64,000 nucleotides of DNA from assembly GCA_964553825.1 (NCBI GenBank), contig CAZKLT010000004.1:3137-67136 (forward strand), read 5' to 3'. Below are positions 18,154 to 27,732 of the stretch, in pieces. The stretch's first letter is position 1. Each line of letters opens with the position of its first letter. The notes beneath the pieces were generated by a model that was not told where the DNA came from, did not search any database, and saw only the letters and a list, made by a program, of their open reading frames with translations. The position numbers and the translations under genes are program-made. This DNA is from an uncultured Gammaproteobacteria bacterium (GTDB lineage Bacteria; Patescibacteriota; Microgenomatia; UBA10105; UBA927).

Positions 18154-18857
18154 GCGTTTTGTCTGAGTGCCCAGAGATACAGGCGAAGATACTTAGGCAT
18201 CCGCTCGAAGAACCGGAATTTCGAGTGTCCTCGGGTTCGGCCTTTCCAGAATGTCGGCATTTCGGTGATCCTGTGGCCGTGGAAATACGCCTGAAGTACC
18301 AACTCCATGGATGCTTCTACGCCGCTGTCTGACTGTATGGTGAGACTTTTTGCAATTTTTGTTTTGTACATTTTATACGCGTTACTCACATCCCAGGTTG
18401 GGATTCCCGTCAGGAGGCGCATGCTCGTGCACACAAACCGGGAAAACAACGATTGAAGCCAGGGGCCACCTGCCTTGCGGCCGCCGGACATGTACCTCGA
18501 GGCGCAGACGACGTCCCATCCTTCACGTATTTTCTTCACCATCCGGTCGATATCTTTGGGATCATCACACAGATCAGCCATAACGGGAACGACATACGGA
18601 GTTACGGTCTTTCCCAAGCCCAGTGAAAGCGCGGAGCCAAAGGTGCCCGTTTTCGATATCCGATGGAGAAGGGATATGTGCTTGTGCTTGCGCATATAGG
18701 TACGGACAATAGTTGCTGTCCTGTCCCGGGCATCCGTATCGTTTACGACGAGTATTCGGTGCGGCGTCTGAACGGATTTTCGCAACGAATCAAGAACGGC
18801 CTCAATGGTATCAGTCTCGTGTTTGGCTGGGATGAGAATGGTGAGGATGGGTTGCAT
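18105..18857 (-). CDS. Glycosyltransferase family 2
   Basis: IPA.HE, VND, MADL.D.P, SRYM.GG and R..G.SKF. Confidence 0.9.
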   Translation of the reverse strand: MQPILTILIPAKHETDTIEAVLDSLRKSVQTPHRILVVNDTDARDRTATIVRTYMRKHKHISLLHRISKTGTFGSALSLGLGKTVTPYVVPVMADLCDDPKDIDRMVKKIREGWDVVCASRYMSGGRKAGGPWLQSLFSRFVCTSMRLLTGIPTWDVSNAYKMYKTKIAKSLTIQSDSGVEASMELVLQAYFHGHRITEMPTFWKGRTRGHSKFRFFERMPKYLRLYLWALRQNAYLRTRSMSPQPGTGS

Positions 18858-20212
18858 TATCGCCTGTTATACACGTATCCGATTGCCTTCGCAATCCACC
18901 AGAAGCAGAGGAAAAAAAGAAATGTTTGCGTGGTAATAATATGTCGCGCAAATTCCCATGCTCCTCCAAAAACAAGACTGGAGAAAAGCTGGTATCCCTC
19001 TATAAGAACGATGCTCAAGAGAAAGGTATGCAGGGGTGTCTGTTTTTTGAGAAAAAGCCAGACGGTAAGCGGGGCAAGAAGGAGATACATAATCGTTGAT
19101 TTCTGAATGACCTGTATCATCCCGTCCAGAACATCAAAAAACGCTCGGGTTGGGCTCCACGCGGAAGCACGGTATATGACGCCGTAGACTTCCGTATCGA
19201 AAAACGCCTTGGGAATATCCGCGACTACTGACCGCATAAATGCCCCAAACTGATCGCGTACAACGAGGGCATTGAACCTCTGCAGATCGGCAACACGGTC
19301 GTATATTTCGTTATTGTAATGGACAAAAAAGTACCACGGTATAGAAACATTCCCGCCGTTTTGTTTGTATTCCACAACCTGTGCGTGCAGCGGGAGTACC
19401 GATGCGGCCGCGTCTACCGGAATATCGTACAAGAGAATTCTGCCAAAAACGGAGAAGTCGGTGTTGTAGCTAATACCGCGGAAATTGTGAAGTATCCGAT
19501 TTGCCGTAAGGAAGGTGGCGGGAATCAAAGTATAGAGAAGAAGGCAAAAAGCAATGAGGGTAAAAACGCGTTTTGTCCGGTGCATGACCCACACTAGCGG
19601 AAGCGTGAGAAATGGGAGAAGAAGTCCAGCCGGGCGAAGCATAAATGCATACGCAGCAAGCCCGGTAAACAGGAGCGCCGACACGGTGGTGACCCGGTGA
19701 AGCAGGCGCACAAAGAGCCAAAGAAGGACGATGAGCAGCGATATATAGAGTGATTCCGTCAGAAGTGTCCGATCCCAGATAAATTGATAGAGATTCAGCC
19801 CGGTAAATGCAGTGAATGCAAGGGAATACGGAGGAGAAATATTCAGGCGGATGAGGGTGTCAAAAAGGAAAATAAGGGAGAGCACGCTTGCGATCGTTTG
19901 TATCACAATGATAATCCAGAGTCGCTGGGTGAATTCTCTCGTCCCATAGAGGGGATAGGTATCACCGGTTACAGCCATAGCAAGGGAGGTGATCATGGTA
20001 TATCCGGGGGTTCTGTTGGGATTGAAGAAATTGGTACGCACATTTTTCCCAAAAAAATTTTCTTCCACATAATACCCCTGACTATCAGGTTTCAGATCAA
20101 TGCCGCCTCCCGCGTACGATATATACCAAAGACGGACGAATGCCGACACAACGAGTATTCCCAACAAAAGCAGCCGGTAGAATGGGGGTATTTCTATTCG
20201 CGACATAGGCAA
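18857..20212 (-). CDS. GT-C-like membrane protein
   Basis: PDS.GY, RTPGY, LTESL and RP motifs, with many TM segments. Confidence 0.75.
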   Translation of the reverse strand: MPMSRIEIPPFYRLLLLGILVVSAFVRLWYISYAGGGIDLKPDSQGYYVEENFFGKNVRTNFFNPNRTPGYTMITSLAMAVTGDTYPLYGTREFTQRLWIIIVIQTIASVLSLIFLFDTLIRLNISPPYSLAFTAFTGLNLYQFIWDRTLLTESLYISLLIVLLWLFVRLLHRVTTVSALLFTGLAAYAFMLRPAGLLLPFLTLPLVWVMHRTKRVFTLIAFCLLLYTLIPATFLTANRILHNFRGISYNTDFSVFGRILLYDIPVDAAASVLPLHAQVVEYKQNGGNVSIPWYFFVHYNNEIYDRVADLQRFNALVVRDQFGAFMRSVVADIPKAFFDTEVYGVIYRASAWSPTRAFFDVLDGMIQVIQKSTIMYLLLAPLTVWLFLKKQTPLHTFLLSIVLIEGYQLFSSLVFGGAWEFARHIITTQTFLFFLCFWWIAKAIGYVYNRR

Positions 20213-20237
20213 TAGTATCAGTATATAATAGCCGCAA

Positions 20238-21158
20238 ATGAAAACGGCAGTGATTACCGGTGGCGCAGGATTTATCGGGTCTCATGTTGCTGCCAGGCTT
20301 GTCCGTGACGGATATTCGGTTGTTGTATTTGATGATTTGTCTTCAGGCAGGAAAGCCGCAATTCCAAAGAGAGCGCGTTTCGTCCGCGGAGATGTTCGTT
20401 CCCAAAAAGCCGTGATGGGCGTGGTCGCGAAGTTCCGGCCAAGCGTGGTGTGCCATATTGCCGGTCGCGCTTCGAATATCGGGTCGTACATGGACCCGTA
20501 TGGCGATATAGCGGTGAATTATATAGGGTCTGTCAATATCGCCACGGCGTGTATCCGGTATGCAGTCCCGCGGCTCATCTATGCATCCAGCATGCTTGCT
20601 CACGGCGCAGACGGTCCGTCCTCGTATTATGGCGTATCCAAATATGCCGCAGAACGCTTTCTCCATCTGACGGCACAGCGTGGTGATATTGCCTCTCCTT
20701 TTGCAGTGACATCCTTAAGAATGTTTAATGTTTTTGGTCCGGGTCAAAGTCTTACAAATCCCTATCAGGGTGTTCTGGCGATCTTTGTCGGACGCGTTCT
20801 GCGGGGGGAGGAAGTTACGATTTTTGGCACCGGAAGACAATCACGGGATTTCGTATTTATCGACGACGTGTGTGATGTGTGGAGCCGTGTCATTGAGAAC
20901 ACCAAGAGCTGGGGGAAAGTGCTTGATGTCGGCACCGGGAAGCCTACGTCGATAAAAAAACTCGCCTACGACGTTATACGGGCCGCAGGAGGGGATAGGC
21001 GGACGTACCCGATCACGTTTATGAGTCAGCGGCCGGGTGACATTGCCGGTTCGGTCGCCGATATGAAAAAGACACGCGCGGTGATAGGGAAATGGAATCC
21101 GACGGCGCTCTCCCACGGTTTGACAAAAACCATCGCCTGGGCAAGAAAGACGTTATGA
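20238..21158 (+). CDS. NAD-dependent epimerase/dehydratase
   Basis: [31 protein letters not shown] and G.Q.RDFV. Confidence 0.93.
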   Translation: MKTAVITGGAGFIGSHVAARLVRDGYSVVVFDDLSSGRKAAIPKRARFVRGDVRSQKAVMGVVAKFRPSVVCHIAGRASNIGSYMDPYGDIAVNYIGSVNIATACIRYAVPRLIYASSMLAHGADGPSSYYGVSKYAAERFLHLTAQRGDIASPFAVTSLRMFNVFGPGQSLTNPYQGVLAIFVGRVLRGEEVTIFGTGRQSRDFVFIDDVCDVWSRVIENTKSWGKVLDVGTGKPTSIKKLAYDVIRAAGGDRRTYPITFMSQRPGDIAGSVADMKKTRAVIGKWNPTALSHGLTKTIAWARKTL

Positions 21159-22205
21159 ACGGTACGCGGAGGCCAGTTGAGCAACAATTTTTTCGGTGTC
21201 GTAGGTATGTTTCCAGAACGGGTAGTGAGATTTGAATTTCGAGACGTTGGAGATATACCAGATGTGATCGCCTTTCCTCGGGGTTGTTTTGTAGGTAAGT
21301 TTTGCTTTTTTCTTCACCAGTGGCTCGATGAGTTTGATGGCTTCCAGAATCGAAACGCTGGAAAATCTGCTTCCTCCCATATTGTACACTTCCCCGGCCC
21401 TTGGATGGCGCCAGAAGTGAGAAAACGCATTCACCAAATCGTATGCGTGGATGTTATCGCGCACTTGCTTGCCTTTGTATCCGAAGATGGTATACGGCGT
21501 CTCAGTGGCGATGGCGCGGACCAGGTATGCTAAAAATCCATGCTGCGAAGCTGCAGCGTGTGCGGGCCCGGTAATGCAACCGCAGCGGAATATGCCTGTC
21601 TTCAGACCGAAATAGCGGCCATATTCCTGGACGAGGATATCGGCTGATACTTTGGAGGCGCCAAACAAACTATGGAGGGATGCATCGACACTCATGGTTT
21701 CATCAATGCCCCGATACAAGGGATGATTTGTGCGAAGTTCATAGCGCGTCTTGCTTTCGTAGACCGGAAGAAGATTTGGCCGGTCGCCGTAGACCTTGTT
21801 GGTTGAGGTAAAGATAAATACGCCTTTGGCGCTATAGCGCCGGTACGCTTCAAGCAGGGTGAGTGTTGCCGTGGCATTGATGGAAAAGTCTGTCGCTGGG
21901 TCACCTGCCGCCCAATCATGTGATGGTTGTGCGGCGGTGTGGATAACAAGGTCAAAGTGGTATTTGGCAAAGAGCTCCGTGATTTTCCTCGCATCACGGA
22001 TGTCAAAGGAAAAATGCTTGTAGGAGGGGTAGTCTTTTTGCAGTTGGCGTGCGTTTGGCTTGGTGCTTGCCTCAGGGCCGAAGAAACGGCTGCGCATATC
22101 ATTGTCGATCCCGAATACGGCACACCCCCGGTTGCTGAAAAATTCGACGGACTGGCTTCCTACCAGTCCGGACGATCCGGTGATAAGGACTTTCTTCTTC
22201 GTCAT
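21153..22205 (-). CDS. NAD-dependent epimerase (CDP-paratose 2-epimerase/RfbE-like)
   Basis: [47 protein letters not shown] and R.GDHIWYIS. Confidence 0.9.
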   Translation of the reverse strand: MTKKKVLITGSSGLVGSQSVEFFSNRGCAVFGIDNDMRSRFFGPEASTKPNARQLQKDYPSYKHFSFDIRDARKITELFAKYHFDLVIHTAAQPSHDWAAGDPATDFSINATATLTLLEAYRRYSAKGVFIFTSTNKVYGDRPNLLPVYESKTRYELRTNHPLYRGIDETMSVDASLHSLFGASKVSADILVQEYGRYFGLKTGIFRCGCITGPAHAAASQHGFLAYLVRAIATETPYTIFGYKGKQVRDNIHAYDLVNAFSHFWRHPRAGEVYNMGGSRFSSVSILEAIKLIEPLVKKKAKLTYKTTPRKGDHIWYISNVSKFKSHYPFWKHTYDTEKIVAQLASAYRS

Positions 22206-22254
22206 GACGGTATTCTAGTCGCAAGCCTGCCAACCCGCAACCGCGTGCTACAAT

Positions 22255-23118
22255 ATGGGGCGTATGCACTGCGTTATATGTTCATCTCAGTCGCTTAAAA
22301 CGCTGTTTGTTCACAGGGCGGGACACATGGCGCTATGTAACATGTGTGGTCTCGTGCAGCTCACCCCCATGCCGTCTTCCAGGGAAATCGGGAAGTTGTA
22401 TCACGAAGATTTCGATCACTTCGCTCCGTACATTGAGCAAATTGCCGTACATCGGATGTATTTCCGTCAGAAAATAAAAGAAATAAAACAACACATGGGG
22501 CGCTCACACGCAGGCAAAATCCAACTTCTTGATGTCGGATGCGCTCTGGGTGTTCTTCTTGAAGAAGCCGGGAAGTTGGGGATTGCGGCAACCGGTATCG
22601 ATATTTCGCACGATGCCGTTGCCTATTGCCGGTCAAAAAAATTATCGGTTCTACCAGGAACTCTACACGCTTTGAATAAAAAATTAAAATATAGGTCATT
22701 TAGTGTAGTGACCGCATTCCAGGTAATCGAGCACGAGCGGGATCCGATAAGATTTGTTCGAAGGATACATAAATTACTCAAAAATGGTGGTTTAGTCGTC
22801 ATCGCTACGCCGGACTATGGGGGCTTATGGAGGAAAATTATGGGTCGGCACTGGTTTGGATTTGCGCATCCTGAACATGTTGTTCTTTTTTCGGAAAAGA
22901 GCATGCGGACGCTTCTGGGTAACGCCGGATTCCGCGATATCCACATACGGAAAGATACACCCCGGCCCTTTCCGCTCTCGTTTGCTTTTCGCAGGGCGGC
23001 TGATTATTTCCCATGGCTTGCCGGTATCTGTGTGCCCATTGCCCGATTTTTGGACCGGTCGAAGATAAAAAATCCTATTAATCCATGGGATGACATGATA
23101 GTATTTGCTAGAAAGTAG
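22255..23118 (+). CDS. Class I SAM-dependent methyltransferase with N-terminal Zn ribbon
   Basis: CxxC...CxxC, LLDVGCA.G, VIEH..DP and TP....W....PEH. Confidence 0.9.
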   Translation: MGRMHCVICSSQSLKTLFVHRAGHMALCNMCGLVQLTPMPSSREIGKLYHEDFDHFAPYIEQIAVHRMYFRQKIKEIKQHMGRSHAGKIQLLDVGCALGVLLEEAGKLGIAATGIDISHDAVAYCRSKKLSVLPGTLHALNKKLKYRSFSVVTAFQVIEHERDPIRFVRRIHKLLKNGGLVVIATPDYGGLWRKIMGRHWFGFAHPEHVVLFSEKSMRTLLGNAGFRDIHIRKDTPRPFPLSFAFRRAADYFPWLAGICVPIARFLDRSKIKNPINPWDDMIVFARK

Positions 23119-23147
23119 CCGGAACCACTGCCCCCCGAAATGTACAC

Positions 23148-24197
23148 ATGAGACGCATTCTTTTGTCGGTTGTTATTCCTACCTATAACTCATGGATCAC
23201 CGTTGACCGGTTGCTTGTGTCGCTGAAAGGATCGTCTTACCGACACTTTGAGGTCCTTATCGGGGACGATGCGTCCCATACGGAAAAACCGTCGCACCTT
23301 CTGGCGCTCAAGCGACAGAAAATAGGAGTAAGAGCGCCCGTATTGGTCCGTCTTCCCGTCAATCGGGGGCCGGCAGCGGCACGGAATGCTGCCGCGAAAA
23401 AAGCAAAAGGCGCTGTTCTGGTGTTTCTCGATGCTGATGTGACCGTGTACGCAGATACGCTCGCAAAAATCGCCATAAAATTTCAGGACGATCCTGATTT
23501 GACGGCTATTACCGGCGTGTGGGATAAACATCAGAAAACCCGGGCATTTTTTCCGCAGTTTAAGGCGCTTCGCGATTGGAGTTACTGGACCAATGAGCGG
23601 GGGAGCGACGGCTATTATTACCTTTTCAGTACCCGGGTTGCCGCTATAAAAGCAGATGTATTTACCCGGCTCGGGCGGTTTAATGAATCGTTCCGGCAGA
23701 TGGAAGACGTAGAATTTACCTACCGGATAGCGCAGCGGTATGCCATTATATTTGCACCGGATGTGCGGGTGCATCATGAATTCGAGGGATTTATCCCCGT
23801 TGCCCGGAAGTATTTCTGGCGCAGCTTTTATTGGATGCGCCTGTACCGCGTGCGACGAAAATTTGACCCTGTGGCAACAACGGTTTGGGAGAGCTTGGCG
23901 GCTCTCTCAGCGGTCGGTGCCGTGTGCTTTCTTCTGTTTGGCATGCTTGTGTATTTTCTTTGGCCCGTACCGTTCGTGAAGATGATGAGTCTTTCGGGTG
24001 CGGGAGTGCTTCTTTTGGCTCACATCATTTTATTGGCGAAATTTTTGCGGTTTGTGGCCCGCGAGAAGGGCTTAGCATTCATGGGCAAGGCATTGGGGAC
24101 CGGGATTATCTTATACTGCGTCATCGCAGCGGGATCTCTTTATTCCTTCACCGCTTCGTATATATCCACGCAAACTCGGCGTCCCCGCGGGAAATAG
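23148..24197 (+). CDS. Glycosyltransferase family 2 with C-terminal TM helices
   Basis: VIPTYN, DDAS, GPAAARN, FLDAD and F.E...EDVE. Confidence 0.92.
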   Translation: MRRILLSVVIPTYNSWITVDRLLVSLKGSSYRHFEVLIGDDASHTEKPSHLLALKRQKIGVRAPVLVRLPVNRGPAAARNAAAKKAKGAVLVFLDADVTVYADTLAKIAIKFQDDPDLTAITGVWDKHQKTRAFFPQFKALRDWSYWTNERGSDGYYYLFSTRVAAIKADVFTRLGRFNESFRQMEDVEFTYRIAQRYAIIFAPDVRVHHEFEGFIPVARKYFWRSFYWMRLYRVRRKFDPVATTVWESLAALSAVGAVCFLLFGMLVYFLWPVPFVKMMSLSGAGVLLLAHIILLAKFLRFVAREKGLAFMGKALGTGIILYCVIAAGSLYSFTASYISTQTRRPRGK

Positions 24198-25770
24198 TGT
24201 GCGTCAGCTTCCAGGCAGCAGGCAGACGACGCTCAAACTCATGCCGAAGAATGTGGGATGATTTATTCACGAGAATGATGCTGTCTGCTTCGGCGGCGTT
24301 GTAGACATATTGGTCTTCCTCCCCCAGATAATACCAGGTAAGGTGCCCTCCGATAGGTGACCAGAGTGCGATGGTGCCTTTCGTTTTGTGAAGGTAGTCG
24401 ACGGCCTCCCGCACGGAAAGCGCCTCAATGTCCCGGTCATACTGTTTGTTTGGGTTCCGAGCAAGGATGTTGAGGTATCCCGTGGAATACGGAAAATAGA
24501 GGGCATTAATAAACACCAGATGCGCCAACACACCCAATGCCAAGCCCTGACACTGCGCCAGTGGAGTGCGGTAACGCCTCTGAAGAATGGTGGTCAGATT
24601 CCAGAGTCCAATGGCTGCAAGAAGCGATGCAGCCGGCAGAATTTCCATAAAGTGCCGCATGCCGTCATAAAAGGCGGCATGAGGAAGGATGGCCCGGAGG
24701 GGAGGGACGAAAAACCACACAAGAAGCAGTATTGACCCCGAGACGCCGGGGCTTCTCCTGACGATCAAGCCAATGTTCGTTGCCAGACCAACGGCAAGCA
24801 GGAAAAGAACGGGTAGCGGCGTGGAAAGAAGAATGTTCATCCATGGGTACCACCAGAGGCTTTTGCCGGTCCCCACCTCGTAGAGCGTGCCGTTCCAGAA
24901 CAATTTATATCCTTGTCCGACGGTGGTGAAGTAGGTGATAACTTCCGCAAATCTGCCTATGGGATCAAACCAAAGATACGGCCATGCGACAACGCAGACG
25001 ACTGCCCCCAGGGTGAGGAATAGAAGGATATGGACAAATGACACCCGTCCGCGAGGCGGTTTTGCGATCATGCGGGTCGCCAGAAGCGTTGCTGTCCAAA
25101 TGACAGGCACGTAGACGGCATTGAATTTGCTGGCCACGGCAAGCCCCCAGACCGTACCGGCAGCCAAAAGATTGTTGAGTTGGCCGCGGATGGTGAACCG
25201 GAACAGTACATAGAGTGTGACCGTGAAGAGTGCTACCTGTGCCGTGTCTTTGAGATTGGATACGCCATGCCCCCAGAGGGTTGGGTTTCCGGCAGTCAGA
25301 CCGGCGGCAAATAGACTCACCCATACGGGGAGGCCGAGTTTTCGGGCAAAAAGAAATACGCAGGATACGAGAAGGGCAAAAAAGAGCAGCGTTGCCGCGT
25401 GAAATGCAAGGATGATATCCGGTCCCGTGAGCGTGCCACCAATCAGCGCAAATCCCTGGGCGATGAGTGTGCCTATCATGTTGGGGAACGGGGGATACCG
25501 TGCGATGGCGACTTCCTGGCTGAAGATGAGTTTGCCGAAAATTGATGACGACGGGTCTCTTGCAGTCAGCGTTGACGGATCAAAGCCTTGGGCAAAAAAT
25601 CGGGCATACTGTCCGCCTGAGTAGATGTTGTCCGGTTCGTCCCATGCGGTGCCGATGCGCGTGAGAAGCGGTGCGCCGATAAGGAACATGGCAGCGAACA
25701 ATACGCCGGCAATCAACAGATTAGACGGAATAAAACGTCGATTGATCACGAGTTTCATGATACTCGTCAA
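24148..25770 (-). CDS. GT39/PMT-like membrane glycosyltransferase
   Basis: 'WDEP', H...N.KD, SKF, WP.LW and YDG.RH. Confidence 0.8.
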   Translation of the reverse strand: MTSIMKLVINRRFIPSNLLIAGVLFAAMFLIGAPLLTRIGTAWDEPDNIYSGGQYARFFAQGFDPSTLTARDPSSSIFGKLIFSQEVAIARYPPFPNMIGTLIAQGFALIGGTLTGPDIILAFHAATLLFFALLVSCVFLFARKLGLPVWVSLFAAGLTAGNPTLWGHGVSNLKDTAQVALFTVTLYVLFRFTIRGQLNNLLAAGTVWGLAVASKFNAVYVPVIWTATLLATRMIAKPPRGRVSFVHILLFLTLGAVVCVVAWPYLWFDPIGRFAEVITYFTTVGQGYKLFWNGTLYEVGTGKSLWWYPWMNILLSTPLPVLFLLAVGLATNIGLIVRRSPGVSGSILLLVWFFVPPLRAILPHAAFYDGMRHFMEILPAASLLAAIGLWNLTTILQRRYRTPLAQCQGLALGVLAHLVFINALYFPYSTGYLNILARNPNKQYDRDIEALSVREAVDYLHKTKGTIALWSPIGGHLTWYYLGEEDQYVYNAAEADSIILVNKSSHILRHEFERRLPAAWKLTHTISRGDAEFAWIYTKR

Positions 25771-27701
25771 TTATTGGGTATTTCAAGCGGGGGCACAAAA
25801 ATCGGGGTAGGTGCGGGCGTGGAGAGCGTGGTCGGTGTTTGCGGAGTCGGGATTTCCGGAGATACCGGTCCCTGAAGTCCGTTGAGTTCGTTCGTGATGA
25901 GGGAATAGTCTTCCGATCCGGCCGGAACATACTTCTGTGCCTGTGCCCACGCTTCTTTCGTACGCTCGAGATCCCCGTTGAGTTTGTACGCGTTGCCGAG
26001 GTTATACCAGGCATTGGCATAATCCGGTTTGAGCGTGGTTGCGCGCTCAAATTGCGTTATCGCTTCGGTATAGTTTTTCATCCGGACGTACATGCCGCCT
26101 AATTCAAGCGGCAGCACGGGGTTCACGGGGTCCCGTTTTATTGCTTCTTTGAGGGTTGCCACCGCCCATCCGTCTGCACCCTGCGCTACGCCAATAAGCT
26201 GTTCATAGGTGCGCGCGAGATTTTCCCATGCGAGGATATTTACGGGATTGAGGCTTACGGCAGTTTTGGCTTCACGGATCGATTGAGAGACCAGTTGCGC
26301 CACCAAATCCCGGTCTTCCAGGGCAGCAGCGCTGCTTGCGTCCGGTTGTTCACTCAGGCTGGTAGCCAGGGAGGTGGCAAGTGCGAGATTGGTTTGACTG
26401 AAATAAATCCGCAGCCTGCTATTTTTCGGATTTGCTTGAATAGCCTTCGTTTGCAATGTATACGTCTCAGTTCCGTTGTTACTCCGTGCCGCTGCCAGTG
26501 ATCGGGCAAACAAGCGCTCAGATGCATATGCCTTTCCGGTGAAATAGAGCGATCCGGCGATAAAAAGCCCGATAAGCGTTAGGAAGAAAATCCGTTTCCC
26601 CGAAGAGAGCTTTGCGGCGGGTATGATTGTGGGCGGCGCATGCGTCTCAGAAAGCAAAAGGAGCACAAAAAGCGTCAGCACCACCGATACGCTCGGCGGA
26701 GACAGAAGTATGGCCAAGATGCCCAGGAAGAGCGCCCAGGATAAACCGGGAATTGTGTGTCCAGGTCGGTTTCGCCAGAGGGTGCGCAGCGTAAACAGAA
26801 GCGCGCCCAACCCCAGGAGCCCCCACACGGTCATGTAATGAAACAGTACGGAAGAATTTGTGAGAAACCGGACGCTCCAAAGCGGGGTAACGTTTACGCT
26901 TGCCGGTCTTGCGGCTGAGAACGCTGCAAGAAAATTTTCAGCGCCGACGCCAAACAGCGCCTGCTTCGGGCTCTTGAGGATTTCAAGCGTGATTGCCCAT
27001 CCCTGAGAAAAGGGGAGTATGGTTGCGGGAATTCTCGGAATGAGTTCCCACAGGGTTACCCCGATTCCAACCGCAATAACGATAGTCATAATAAGAAGAA
27101 GGACCATATGGGTCTCGTGGTTGCGTTTTACCGCGCGTATCGTATGACCAACCACGAGCGGGAAGCTTAGCAGGAGCATGGTGGCTGTGGCCAAGGTTGA
27201 TCCGGTCGGTGTCCAAAGGGGATCGGCAAGAAATGCTACGGAAGGAAACATAATTCTGCCCATTCCAAGGAGCTGGTAAACAGCCAGAAGCGAGAGTATT
27301 GTTGTGACCCAGAAATATGCCCAAAGCAGCCGGGTGTGCGTGTGTTCATCCCGAACCATCGGAAGGACGCAGGAAACAAGCGCAAGGCTCCCAAACAAGA
27401 CGATGCCCAGAGGGTGCATGAGCGCCTCGACTTTGTTCGTAGAGGCCATAATGAGGCTTGCCGTACCGGCAAGGGCAAGAAGTGTCAGGCTTCTCGTTGT
27501 GGTGCCGAGCGAAAGGGCAACCTGGGAATGCCGGTGAGCCAGTGTCCACGCGCTTCCGGCAAGGGTCGCGAGCGACAGGGCGATGATGAAAAAGAATTTC
27601 CCCATATCGTAGAAATCCTGTACAGCCGGAAGAAAAAAGATTGCAGCCAAAGCAAGTGCGGCGGGAAAAAGCCAGGAAACGAGCGCGGAGGTGTGCTTCA
27701 T
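25767..27701 (-). CDS. Multi-pass membrane protein (O-antigen ligase/oligosaccharyltransferase-like) with C-terminal TPRs
   Basis: About 12 TM segments, 'LFGVGAENF' (Wzy_C-like), TPRs (LKPDYANAWYNLG.AY) and a Pro/Thr tail. Confidence 0.75.
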   Translation of the reverse strand: MKHTSALVSWLFPAALALAAIFFLPAVQDFYDMGKFFFIIALSLATLAGSAWTLAHRHSQVALSLGTTTRSLTLLALAGTASLIMASTNKVEALMHPLGIVLFGSLALVSCVLPMVRDEHTHTRLLWAYFWVTTILSLLAVYQLLGMGRIMFPSVAFLADPLWTPTGSTLATATMLLLSFPLVVGHTIRAVKRNHETHMVLLLIMTIVIAVGIGVTLWELIPRIPATILPFSQGWAITLEILKSPKQALFGVGAENFLAAFSAARPASVNVTPLWSVRFLTNSSVLFHYMTVWGLLGLGALLFTLRTLWRNRPGHTIPGLSWALFLGILAILLSPPSVSVVLTLFVLLLLSETHAPPTIIPAAKLSSGKRIFFLTLIGLFIAGSLYFTGKAYASERLFARSLAAARSNNGTETYTLQTKAIQANPKNSRLRIYFSQTNLALATSLATSLSEQPDASSAAALEDRDLVAQLVSQSIREAKTAVSLNPVNILAWENLARTYEQLIGVAQGADGWAVATLKEAIKRDPVNPVLPLELGGMYVRMKNYTEAITQFERATTLKPDYANAWYNLGNAYKLNGDLERTKEAWAQAQKYVPAGSEDYSLITNELNGLQGPVSPEIPTPQTPTTLSTPAPTPIFVPPLEIPNN

Positions 27702-27732
27702 GAATACTGTTTATGATACGGCATCAAATCGA